The notes beneath the pieces were generated by a model. It searched no databases. It saw nothing but the letters and a program-made list of their open reading frames with translations, and was not told the origin of the DNA. Of a stretch of DNA of 64,000 nt, positions 15,038 through 27,309 are shown one piece after another. Origin of the DNA: Eledone cirrhosa (lineage: Eukaryota); NCBI GenBank assembly GCA_964016885.1, contig OZ024740.1, forward strand, positions 18,786,001 through 18,850,000, in the 5' to 3' direction. Position 1 is the first letter of the stretch; each line of letters opens with the position of its first letter. The position numbers and the translations under genes are program-made.

Positions 15038-16518
15038 CAAAATTTGTTTTATAAATATTGACATAACCAGGAATGAGACCTTAACGGTTCAAGTTTTACC
15101 TGGAACCGTTCATATATATATATATATAATATATATATACATGAATATTATATATATATAATATATATATATAATATTCATAAATATTATATATATATAT
15201 AATATATATATATATGAATATTATATATATATATGTTATATATATATAATACATATATATATATATACATATATATAATATATATATATATAATACATAT
15301 ATATATATATATACATATATATAATATATATATATATTATGTATAGATAATATATATATAGATAACATGTCCAACAACACACACTCACACACACACTCAC
15401 CATCAAACCACACACTATCTATATATCAAATACTATACTATTGATATTAAATAAATGGAAACATATCTTATAAAAACATATTTATTTCTATTATATATAG
15501 TATATCAAGGGTACCATTAGATATGATATTATAATACGATGTCCATATATATATGTATAATGTGTGTGGCTTGTAGGTATGTGTTTGGGCTGTGCATTGC
15601 TATATGGTCTGACATCACTATTTGCTCTTCTCTCTTTCTTCTCGTAGACCCCCCCCCTTCCTTTCATCTTCTTTCCAATGAAGGTTTAAAACAATACGTT
15701 AAGATTTTTATCCCTTCCTCTAAGCCTTATACTAGATAAACTACAGTTCAATCTGTTCAAGTATCCAGCTTGATGTCATCACAGCTGTCTACACCACACG
15801 ATACACACTACATCATACCATATATCCATCACATATATACTATCTATTTTCTATCTATATATATATAATATATACATATATGTAAGTATCCTCTTCTTCT
15901 TCGCCCACTTATTCCTGAGAGGGTCGTGGAGGGGGCAGAGTTCTCAGAGAAGGTCCTTTCAGAAGCAACCATCTACAACAGACCTGGCTAGATATCCAAG
16001 TGTGACCACCCAAGCTCATGGATGTTATCCAACCATCTTGCTCGGGATCTACCTCTGGGTCTGCTGCCGGTTGGGTTTATTCGTAAAATCTGTCCTGAGA
16101 CAATCTAACCACATGGCCATAGATCGGAACTGTGATCCCAATTCAGAGAAGTAGTGGATCTACTTGGAGTGATTCTCTGATCTCTGAGCCATGCTCTCTA
16201 TCGAGTTACTTTACTCCAAACACCTTTTACACAAACTACAGAATGACCAACGGGTAGACCTCGGTAAAGTAATCTCAAATAAGAAAACTTCACAAGCATC
16301 TTAACTGGTTCGATGTGGAGACATGCTGTTCATATACATGTTTATTCTGAGTCAGGTGCTGTTAATGTTATCACTACTCGACAATTGCCATACACTAATA
16401 TTATAACTACTAATACAAAAACAACAAAACAATACAAAACAATACAAAACAAAACAAACGGACTATTTATCACGGTAAATTTCATATATGTACGCCAAAG
16501 TGTCTGTCAGTTTGTCTG

Positions 16519-16559
<41 letters not shown>

Positions 16560-16641
16560 ACATACATACACACACATACATATACACGCACGCACACACG
16601 CGCACACACGCACACACACACACACACATATATATATATAC

Positions 16642-16672
<31 letters not shown>

Positions 16673-16960
16673 ACTCTTGGGTTCAATCGGGGGTAACCAC
16701 AGTTAGTAAGGTACTCAATACATTAGTAGAGTGTAAATATTTAATATAGAAATGGCTTCGACAGGACTAGAACTGTTTCATTAAAAAAAAATCACCTGGA
16801 AAGCACTTTTGAATGAAGCAGTTCTAGTCCTGTAGAAGCCATTTCTATATTAAACATGTTGTTTACACTCTACTAATGTATTGAGTACTCTGGTGCGTTA
16901 TGGTCCACCTGGTTCCTTACCACACTTCCTTCAATATATATATATATATATATAGACAAG

Positions 16961-17545
16961 CACAGATATATAACTATATGTGTTCAAATCAGAAGGGACA
17001 GAAACCGCCAGGGAGGAGAAAATACTGACTAAAATAGTATGGTTTACAGAACTGAATCAAAAGAATAAATTGATATATATGAACCTACCATGATAACTAT
17101 CATGTACCCGGATAGCTTACGGGTAGAACTGTTTCACAAAATTCTTTGAAGAGAATTACGGGCGTGGTGCTTTTCAACGGATACCCAAGACCAGTATTCT
17201 CCTCACTACTAAGTTTCTTAGGAAACTAAATAACACATCTGTGTTAAGAGAGGAAGCACATGGTTATAAGGTGCCGGGCGGATCGAATAGAACGTAAGGT
17301 TATTAGAAAAAAATAACAGCCAGAACCATCCGATATATAAAAGCTCTACAAAAGCAAAGGAGCCAATTTATCAAAAGTATATATTGAGTTAAAAACTCAG
17401 TCTTCTAAGTTATCATGGTAGGTTCATATATATCAATTTATTCTTTTGATTGAGTTCTGTAAACCATACTATTTTAGTCAGTATTTTCTCCTCCCTGGCG
17501 GTTTCTGTCCCTTCTGATTTGAACACATATAGTTATATATCTGTG
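16961..17545. repeat. 138-bp inverted repeats (16961-17098 / 17408-17545) around a 309-bp spacer
   Basis: The arms are near-perfect reverse complements. Related sequence occurs at 51440-51682. Confidence 0.9.
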
Positions 17546-17726
17546 TCCGTTTCTCTTTACTGTGTTATATGGCTCGGAAAAAAAAATGGCTTCTACAGGA
17601 CTAATATATATATAGGAAAAAGTATGACCCCGACGGCAGAGCTCAAGCCGTTTCGATGGGTACTTCCTTATATGGGAAGATTATAGTTGTCAATTGACAA
17701 CTACAATCTTCCCATATAAGGAAGTA

Positions 17727-17822
17727 CCCCCTTGAAAAGATCGGCTATTTATTCACCAGGCTAAAAATTCTAATTTAGTCCAAAAATAGCCGTCGAAACG
17801 GCTTGAGCTCTGCCGTCGGGGT
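17727..17822 (+). ncRNA. Type I hammerhead-like motif, U3-A8 core variant, long stem II
   Basis: CCCC-UUGAAAA-GA(U)CGGCUAUUU...AAAUAGCCG-UC-GAAAC-GGC(UUGAGCUCU)GCC-GUC^GGGG. Confidence 0.65.
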
Positions 17823-18205
17823 CATACTTTTTCCTATATATATATATATACATTCTGTTCATTTGCAGCTAATCTTGCTACGTTGAATGAATATGATAGA
17901 CTAATTAAAAACTAAACTTTGTTTTAAATAAACGTTTTAAATAGGGACGCATTTATAAATTATATAACTTTAGTAGAACAGAACCTTTGCTTTGAGCTAA
18001 ATGTTAATTTTACAACGTTAGGCCCCTCACCCTCCACGCTCCCCTCCCATTCTTCTGTGACTCTAGAACCCTTGCTTTTCCCTACCTTTTCCCCCTTGCT
18101 TTTCCCTACCTTTTCCGTTTTTAAATATTAATAGAGTTATTTTTCTCTGCAACGTTAAATTGTATTGTTTTAACGATATTTTAGTAGTGAAAATCTTTTA
18201 AACAG

Positions 18206-18416
18206 TAAAGACGAGATATATAACGATACGTGTGTTTTTAGGGTGTTTAATGTTAAGTTCTTTTCATTTAGAAGCTGTAAAGACGAGATATATAACGATA
18301 CGTGTGTTTTTAGGGCGTTTAATGTTAAGTTCTTTTCATTTAGAAGCTGTAAAGACGAGATATATAACGATACGTGTGTTTTTGGGGGTGTTTAATGTTA
18401 AGTTCTTTGCATTTAG
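18206..18416. repeat. 71-bp tandem repeat x3
   Basis: taaagacgagatatataacgatacgtgtgttttt... occurs three times. Confidence 0.9.
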
Positions 18417-19841
18417 AACCTTATACACAGACAAAATAATAAATTTCTTGGACGACACAGACACTGTAGATAATTCAAGAATTATTAATTATTTTTTTTT
18501 ACTTCATTGTTACCCCAGCAATGAAAATATTAATGAAGATTAGAACTGTTAGAAAAAGAACCAATGATGGAGAAACTCTGTGTTGTAATGAGACTTAACC
18601 ATAATCCAGCTTTTGAATTATATTTATAGTCTCTTCATTTCATTGGGATCATTCTTGATTTAAATTATTTTACTCAAAAGCTGGATTATGATTCACTCAT
18701 AATCTGTTTGTATGTATGTATGTATGTATGTATGTATGTATGTATGTATGTATGTATGTATGTATGTATGTATGTATGTATGTATGTATGTATGTATGTA
18801 TGTTTTGTTTTTTGTCTTGCAGGGTATCCCACATCCCCTCCTCACCAAGTAAACTCGGTGGGGTTGCCGGTTTAGTCGCCGACGCGCCGACCATGCGACA
18901 GGTTGTACTGGGTTACATGTTACCAGTAGCACTCAAGAGTGACCCGACAAAGGGCGGAAGAACTCATAAGAGTCAACGGCCATCCAAAAGTGTGTAAATA
19001 TGTATATACACATGTACATATGTATGTATATGCGCGGCGACATAGAAATAGTCAGGCTGGATTCACGATCGCGCGGTTAAACCACTGGGAGTGAAGGACT
19101 CCTAGCCTTTGTCAGGGCATTCTTCTAGGAGAAGGCAACTCAGGAAACTGGGATAACTCCGATATAAAACCTGCGGCTCAGTAGTTACCGATGATGTTGA
19201 TCTTTTCCTCTTTTCGGGTTATAGCTACTGTCACTCAGAGAGTGGGATTGGCTCAGTGCACAGTCTTTCCTCACTTTAAAAAATATCTTCACGCACAGGC
19301 ATTGCACGATAGAATTAATTAATAATTATTGATAATGGTATATCGTGCAATGGCCATACTCGATAACGAGGGGGCATCATCATGTATATATGTATGTATA
19401 TATGTATGTTCGTATGTATGTATGTATGTATGTATGTATGTATGTATGTATGTATGTATGTATGTATGTGCGTACATACATACATCCTTGAATGGATATC
19501 TGAAAGATACTGTACTGTATTGTAGCCAAGAATCTAAGGTGTTTACACAGATGATATCGATTACAACACATGAAACATTAAAATCGTAGCCCCTTACATA
19601 TGATATGTCACGTTTATTCATAGAATATCAAAGGAACGACAACAGCAACAACAATAATAAATAAGCTAAGGGCAAGATTGAATTACAAGGTGAATTATCT
19701 TCCTCAAAGCGGCTTTCACAATAACAAAAAGAGAACTTGTATCTAGCGAAACCTAGAGAATAACATTCTTACACTCGTGCCAGGGATTTACAAATATCTG
19801 CCAAAAATAAACACATATCCGAAACTTTGTAACACTTAGAT

Positions 19842-20462
19842 CAGAGGTTCTTAAATTGGGTGCTACTGCACCCCAGGGGGCATTGAGAAGGTCCAGTGGG
19901 GCGCTGGGGCCTAAGGGGGCGCTAGAGATGATTTGATAATATATTGAATATCAAATGATACATATTATATATAAATATAATAAAATTAAAAAAAATATAT
20001 TTATTTATACATAATATATAATATATAGATGAAGAACTCAGAGCTGTAGGGGAGCCTCCCAAAAGTCAGCTCAAAAGTGACACAGAGGAGACTGAGGTTA
20101 GCTGGACATGTTCCCCGACATCCAGAGTTAACACTGCACTCAGTGCTCCTGTGGGAGCCCCTGCATAGACACACTGGAAGAGGAAGATCGTGGTTAACAT
20201 ATGTTGATGCGCTAAGGACAGACACTGGTCTCTTGGAGACGCAGGACATGGAAGCGATAATGAGGGACAGAGACCGCTGGAGAGAACTCGTCCATGGATC
20301 TTGGGAATTTTACCCGCTGTAGACATATAAACGATTTTATTTATTACATATTATTTACAATTTGCGTGTAAGCAGATCTCTCTGAAAATAGGGGTGGTGG
20401 GTAGGATGTTACTGTCGTGGCCGTGAGGAGGGGCTGTGACCCAAAATGTTTGAGAACCTCTG
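19842..20462. mobile_element. Non-autonomous hAT (Charlie-like) DNA transposon
   Basis: TIRs CAGAGGTTCTTAAA / TTTGAGAACCTCTG. 8-bp target-site duplication acttagat / atttagat (7 of 8 match). Confidence 0.8.
20030..20322 (+). mobile_element. RTE-type LINE 3' fragment nested in the hAT element
   Basis: QRRLRLAGHVPRHPE...VLLWEP..RGRSWLTYVD.L..DTGL...M.DRDRWR, a typical RTE C-terminus. Confidence 0.75.
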
Positions 20463-21579
20463 ATTTAGATATCACTAAATATTAACACCGAAAGTATATT
20501 TTTCATACAACACAAGTATTATCAGGACTATGAAACTAATGATAAACTGAAATAAATAATGACATTTGAAGAACTACATAAATAGGCGAGGAATATAATA
20601 TCTATTGTTCAAACAGCCATTATCAAACATTTTGAAGCAATATTAACATAGGAGGACATTTCTGCCTTATGAATATACTAATATGGTATTTTTTTTTATT
20701 CCATGTGGTTCAAACTTAAAAGATATCTAACAGAAAACTAACCCCAACATCAATATTTTTTTTTGTGGACTAACAAGTTGTGATGGGCTTGTTATATTTT
20801 ATAATAGAATTACTATTATATTTTTATTGTTTAGTCGGAGATGAAAGATCAGTACTGCCCATCCATTTCAGGATATAGGCTAGTGAAACAGGAGTAAGGT
20901 TTCCTCAAACTGAACACCTAATTTGAAACCTTGCAACAGAGTGGACTCCACTAAATACAACCTAGGACCAGGTGGTGATGTTAAACCAGGCAATGGATTA
21001 TGTCTTCCACTTGTGTAGCCCATAACGGGATTAGAACTTAGAATAGAAATAACCGGAACAAGTTTCATAAGACATCGTATCCGATATTCTAACAATTTCG
21101 CCACTGAATCTCCCTTGAATGGTACTTTGAGGAAAGTTGACCTCAGCCTTAGAACATAACCAGTAATGTCCCTGTTGCTGTTCTTTTCATGACTGTCCCT
21201 TCACACAAGCCTTACCTTTTATCCTTACGGAGTCGATAAAATAAAGCACCAGTAGCGTACTGGGGTCAATTTAATCGACTTCCCCTCTCCCCAAATCAAT
21301 GGCCTTGTGCCTATAACTGCCAAACAATCCCACACAATCTGTCATAGAAGACGAGATTCATCCTCATTGAACAGTAAACAATAAGTCATCCAGGTATTAG
21401 ACCAGAACCGAAATGCAACATATCCAATATGTTGAGCCTATGGGCACCAGTTTCTCGATAATTTTAGTAGCTTTTCTTAGATCTATGGAGACCAATATAT
21501 ATATATTGTCTGAACCCATTATCGATGGACTTTCTAACCTATCAGCATACCAGCTTTTATAGGGTGAAACGTGTAATAG

Positions 21580-21982
21580 TGGTTTCTGATTTAGGCGCAA
21601 GGTCAGCGATTTAGGGTAAGAGAAAGTTGATTAAATCGACCCCAGTGCATTACTGGTACTTTATTTTATCGACCCTATAAGGATGAAAGGCAAAGTTAAC
21701 CTCGACGGGATTTGAACTCAGAACGTAAAGGGCCGTAACTCTATGTCGCAAGCATATTGTCCGACGCTCTACCGGCTCTGCCAATCCACCATCCTAAACT
21801 AAACTAATAATTGTTTCTACTTTAGGCACAAGGCCAGTGCATTACTGGTACTTTATTTTATCGACCCCGTAAGGATGAAAGGCAAAATTAACCTCGGCGG
21901 GATTTGAACTCAGACTGTAAAGGGACGTAACTATGCTAGAAAGCATGGCGTCCAACCTTCTACCGATACTGCCAATTCACCT
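21580..21982 (-). mobile_element. Tandem pair of dominant-family SINEs
   Basis: Two consecutive copies joined by catcctaaactaaactaat. Confidence 0.85.
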
Positions 21983-24926
21983 AATAATAAAAGAGATAAT
22001 CAGTGGTCATTGAGAACTGTTAGTTCGAAATTTGTTGCAAATTCTCACCATGAGTACCTTTGAATGTATTATTTTAACAAGATTTCTAGAAACGTATAGA
22101 CTCTACGTGAGAATATATCTGAAGCCAAAACAACAGACAAAAACAAAACTAAAACAGCTGTACAAATAAAGATGAAAAACACTTTTCGAATTAATGACAT
22201 CCGGTAATATATATTCGAATATCAATGAAGGCTACAGCAACACTGTTCCAACTGAGAAACTATAAATTGTTAGCGAGAGAATTCTGTCTGATATCAATGT
22301 GGATTGTGTGAAAATGAGAGTTAAAAAGAAACACAGAAACATATTGAAACATGGAAGTTGTGTGGAAACTTGCTCAATTAATGGTTTTATAACATTTTAA
22401 ATTATCATCTGAAAATAAAGTTCTTGAAGTATAAGAGACTTAATTTCAATCCCGTTTTAATACGCGAACAATATTGGCTTAAGGTTTTGTTTTCTTCGAT
22501 AAGAATCGTTTGTTGGTAATTGTTGAATAGTTCTCTCTCCAAAACTCCCAAATAACATTCAACAATTCAAACAAAAACACCAACCATACCAATCTCACCT
22601 CTTCATAACATTCTTCTGCTCGAGGAGGGATTCCACAGACTATAGGCCGGGCCCTTCCTCTTTGGAACAGCATATCAACACCTCTCCTTCAGTTATTCAT
22701 CTGCAACGGAAGAAGTCTTAACACAACAAGTTAATTTTCCCTTTTAAATTGTACCAGACTTTTTCGAGAGTTCCTTTTCCTTGTGCAGGAACCAGTAGTA
22801 CAGAGTGAGAGTTGATGATAGCAAAGAACACTGTATGAACAGATATTCAGTTTTTCAGGTGGTCCCGGTTGTTGAGAGGAGGTACTTCAACGATTTGGTG
22901 AGAGTCTCTGCAATTAGATCCAGCCGTATCACTGCCAATGAAATATCTCGGTCTCCCTCTGAATCTCCTTTACTTTACAAACATCTCCAGACTTACCTTG
23001 TTATACAGAACTTACCTTCATCAAGAATCAACATGTTGATTATCAATAAAGAAGATCAAAAACAAAATACGATTTGATTAAGATTTAACCTTAGAATTAA
23101 CTCTAACTCTCTATCTAGAAATCCATGATCATTTTTGTTTAGCCCCAGGTTAGCTGGTTTTGAGCCCCAACTATTATTTCTTAATGACATAATAGTATAT
23201 CCAAGATTACATTTAAGTTGATAGAGTATGGTTTTAAGGAGATTTGGCTGCTATTTCTAGCATGTTGAGCAATCAGGTAGTGACGTTCCTGGTTGGCTCG
23301 AGAGATCCGGAGTATACTTCTGAAGTAGGTCTCTTGTCAAAATAGATCTAGCCACAGAAGTGAACGCTATTGTTTAGTTAGCCTTTATGTAACACTCTCC
23401 ATATTGAAATATCTCAGTCAATAGGATTTTACACAAGTCTATTTTCTTACCTAAATGATGTCGTTTATTCTGTCTAAGTAGCAGCTTGCTCACATAGAAA
23501 GGTTTTAGCTGAGAGTTATAAGTATTATAAGTGTTATAAGAGTTAAAACAATATCTAATATCTAACTAGAAATTCCAAATGACGGTCTGTGTGGTTATCA
23601 ATGGTAAAATAATTCTAAGTGTTTGTAAGTCTCAATATGTCGAGTTTCTGTGAAGTATGGAAATGTTTGGATGTTTTAGACATAAAACTTCCAGCAGATC
23701 TGTTTTCTAATGCCGGATTGTTTCTCTTATCATTGCACCAAAGATATTGACAGACTATCTTTGGCTTAAGAAAACCTCCTATTAGAACCTAAACTGGCTT
23801 CCGTCTCACCTTCCCTCTCCCACAACCTTCAATATCATTTCTTTAACTATAATTGGAATATCGAGGCCCTTTTGATGGCGAGTGGTCGATAATTCCTCAC
23901 CGGTAATCCTCATCCATCCACTTAAGACTATTGAAACTGGAGACAGTCGGGTAGCCCGATAAGATACGAAAGTCATTGAAAGGAAAGAAAAATCTTTATT
24001 TACGAACAAGGTTGACAACTTTTGATAAAGATTATCATCATCTTAAATTGTCATATTTCCATGATGTGAGATAATCTTCAGTCTGTCGTTGTATAGGGGA
24101 CTAGAACATCGCAAATTAACTTCTCCAGAATATGTCTAATATATAGTACGTTTAATAATCAATTTTGATTAGGTTAGGAATTATGTCTCCTTACAATACC
24201 CGATGAAATGCAAATTGACTCATTTACATATTCAGTTACTTATCCATTCATATATTTTTTATAGAAATAGGATAAGATTTTATTTTCTTCACAAATATCT
24301 CGCTCGATCTGGTCCATCGACAAGATCCCAGACTCCATTCGCTTGCCGAGTGAGGAGGACCTCGTCAAATCGGACCAAGGAAACAATGTTTCACCACAAA
24401 TATCTATAAATCTTAAATTACAATATATCATGTCTTTTTATAATTTATGATATGGATAATATCATACAAAATAGGATGACTATTTCCATATGATAACTTT
24501 ATATTTCATAACTTCTTTTACTCTATACCCCAGATACTAAATTATGATATACCATGAAGCTTACTGCAGTGTATATAAATAATTTATGATAAGGATTGTA
24601 AGATATGATACATCATAGTTTATATATAAATTATACATCACAGCTCACTGTAGTATATACAATATTTTAGAATTCCGATTCCTCATGGCCATCTTGAGAA
24701 TACAATGATTTTTGTTGTAGCTTATAGAAACCATAAATTATGATGTACCATATCTTACAATGATTGCAGTTTTAAAGTATTTAACAATAATGACAATGTC
24801 AGAGGAAAAACAACGACAATAATATTAACAACAACAATCAACAATCAACATAGAGACAAGAATTGAAATATCTGAAAAGTTGACTTTGTAGCATATTATA
24901 ATTGAGACAACATGAACAACGATTGC

Positions 24927-25007
<81 letters not shown>

Positions 25008-26289
25008 AATAACAAAAACAATAATAATAATAATAATAATGATGATAATAACAATGGTTTCTTTATTGGCCACAAGGCCAACAATTATCCCAGTGTATTA
25101 CTGGTACTTTATTTTATCGACCCCGTAAGGATGAAAGGCAAAGTTAACCTCGGTGGAATTTGAAATCAGATCGTAAAGGGCCGTAACTCTATGCCGCGAA
25201 GCATAGCGTCCAACCCTCTACCGATACTGCCAATCCACTAATAATAATAATTTCTACCATAGACTCATGGCTTCCATTATTTATATTAATAAATTTGATT
25301 TAAAGTGGGTGAAGGACAAGTACAGAAGATAACTCCGAACGTGTTTCGGTGTTATTGTAGCCTTATTAGTGAAATAGTGATGATAGAAGTATCATTAATT
25401 ATAATGTACAAGATTACACATAATAGAAAAATAAAGTTGTTTAGAGACGTTGAGCTTTCAACTAAATAATTATAACTAAATAGCATAAGGAAAGTTGTCC
25501 GTTGCTCTGTCGATTTTGTTCATCTATATCCTTTTTGTTTTACATTTGATTTCTCATCGATAGAAGGACTGAATATTTGTTGATCAGAAACAGTCGATTT
25601 CATTGATCTCAGTAATCAACTGGTATTTCTTTTTACCTATGATAGGCACGAGGACGTAAAGGACAATAACCAAATACTACAAGACATTTTGTCCGGCATC
25701 TAACGATTCTGTCAATTTAGTTATTACCAACGTGAATTTATCAATGAAAATAAATTAGTGACAGAATCAGTAGAAAGTCGGACAAAATATCTTTGTAATA
25801 TAATAAGTATGTTTCGTTACGTTCCGAGTCCAATTTCATCCAGGAGAACTTAGTTTGTCATTGGTATTCATATGATGAAAAATGATTAAAACATAATTTT
25901 TTAATTCTCAGAGTTCACCAGCAATAAATGACACTTTCGACAAGTAGATTAGCCCCTTAATTAGCCCTTATCGATAAAACCTTTGATCAAAGACATTCAT
26001 CTCATGATCATCCTGTTTTCGTATATCATTTACTACCAAATTTTCCAATAAACATTTCTATATTTAAGACGTCAGGGCGTGACATTTTGAGAGATTTGGC
26101 CTCTATTTCTAGAAGATCAAGCAGCCATGTAGAAACACTCAAGTTTATTCATATCAAGGATAGTTTCAAGAGAGGCAAAACTCTCCTAAATTCCTTGTTA
26201 TTATTCGAAAATGTCGTAGGACTAGAGTCATTTAAAATTAGAGCATTCTGAGGGAAGGGAAACTTATTGGTTGCAAATATTGTATATTT

Positions 26290-26625
26290 CGGGTCATTTT
26301 TTTATCCATCAAAATTAAAGTATTTTGAGAGAAGGGTCATTTTTTTATTCATCAAAATTAAGGTATTTTGAGGGAAGGGTCATTTTTTTATCCATCAAAA
26401 TTAAGGTATTTTGAGGGAAAGGTCATTTTTTTTATCCATCAAAATTAAGGTATTTTGAGAGAAGGGTCAATTTTTTAAACATCAAAGTTAGGGTTTTTTG
26501 AGGGAAGGGTCATTTTTTAAACATCAAAATTAGGGTTTTTTGAGGGAAGGGTCAATTTTTAAACATCAAAATTAGGGTTTTTTGAGGGAAGGGTCATTTT
26601 TTAAACATCAAAATTAGGGTATTTT
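26290..26625. repeat. About 40-bp minisatellite x8
   Basis: Unit approximately GGGTCATTTTTTATCCATCAAAATTAAGGTATTTTGAGGGAA. Confidence 0.92.
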
Positions 26626-26806
26626 ACTAGTATAAAAACTTATCATACACCTGAGCTCATAAATTCAAAATGAAAATCAGGATATTTTGATAGAATATGA
26701 GACTGCTACTTGTCGAAATTATTGTAAATCTGAGACACTCTTAGATGAAGATTTTAACATTTGATAGAATAGAAAACCGGAAAACGAAAAGGGGATGATG
26801 ACTTAC

Positions 26807-26961
26807 CTAGGATAAATGTTGGTATATAAGAGCCGGAACATCCGATTCCTGTTAGGAATCGCAAAAGATAAAAGACGTAAATGTTATTGACCCATGCGCT
26901 CCCTAAAGAAGCTGCACCTTGTAGGAAGATGGAGTATATCATAACGGTTCTTCTGCCAATT
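26807..26961 (-). CDS. SLC22-like gene, 155-bp exon (end of MFS motif A, TM3-TM4)
   Basis: (L)IGRRTVMIYSIFLQGAASLGSAWVNNIYVFYLLRFLTGIGCSGSYIPTFIL(G). Splicing gives G-N-V-S-D-L-I-G-R-R (MFS motif A). AG at 26962-26963, gtaagt at 26801-26806. The first exon and later exons were not found in the window. Confidence 0.92.
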
Positions 26962-27309
26962 CTATATTTGGTAGCAAAGAATAGAAAAGAAAAGAAGGAA
27001 AAAAAACAGAAAAGAAAATGCATCTTTAGTAGGACATGTCGATAGATTTGCATCTGAATGTTATTGTTGCTGTTGTCTCTTTATTTGTTTTTATAATCAT
27101 CATCATCATCGTTATCATCGTCGTCATCATCATCACCATCACCATCATCACCTCCCCTATCCCCCCTCCTCATCATCATCACCATCACCATCGCCGTCGT
27201 TATCATTATCATAAAAGGAAGTACACATCGTGGAGAGGCAATATGGCGGAGAGAAGGAGGAATTAAATGAGAGGGAGACGAAATTGATACGGTCAAAATA
27301 TCTTTGGTC

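Noticed and set aside
22000-24420. Possible further SLC22 exons in this higher-complexity region
   Set aside because: No open segment resembling SLC22 TM5 onward with splice sites. It appears to be decayed LINE sequence too degraded to classify.
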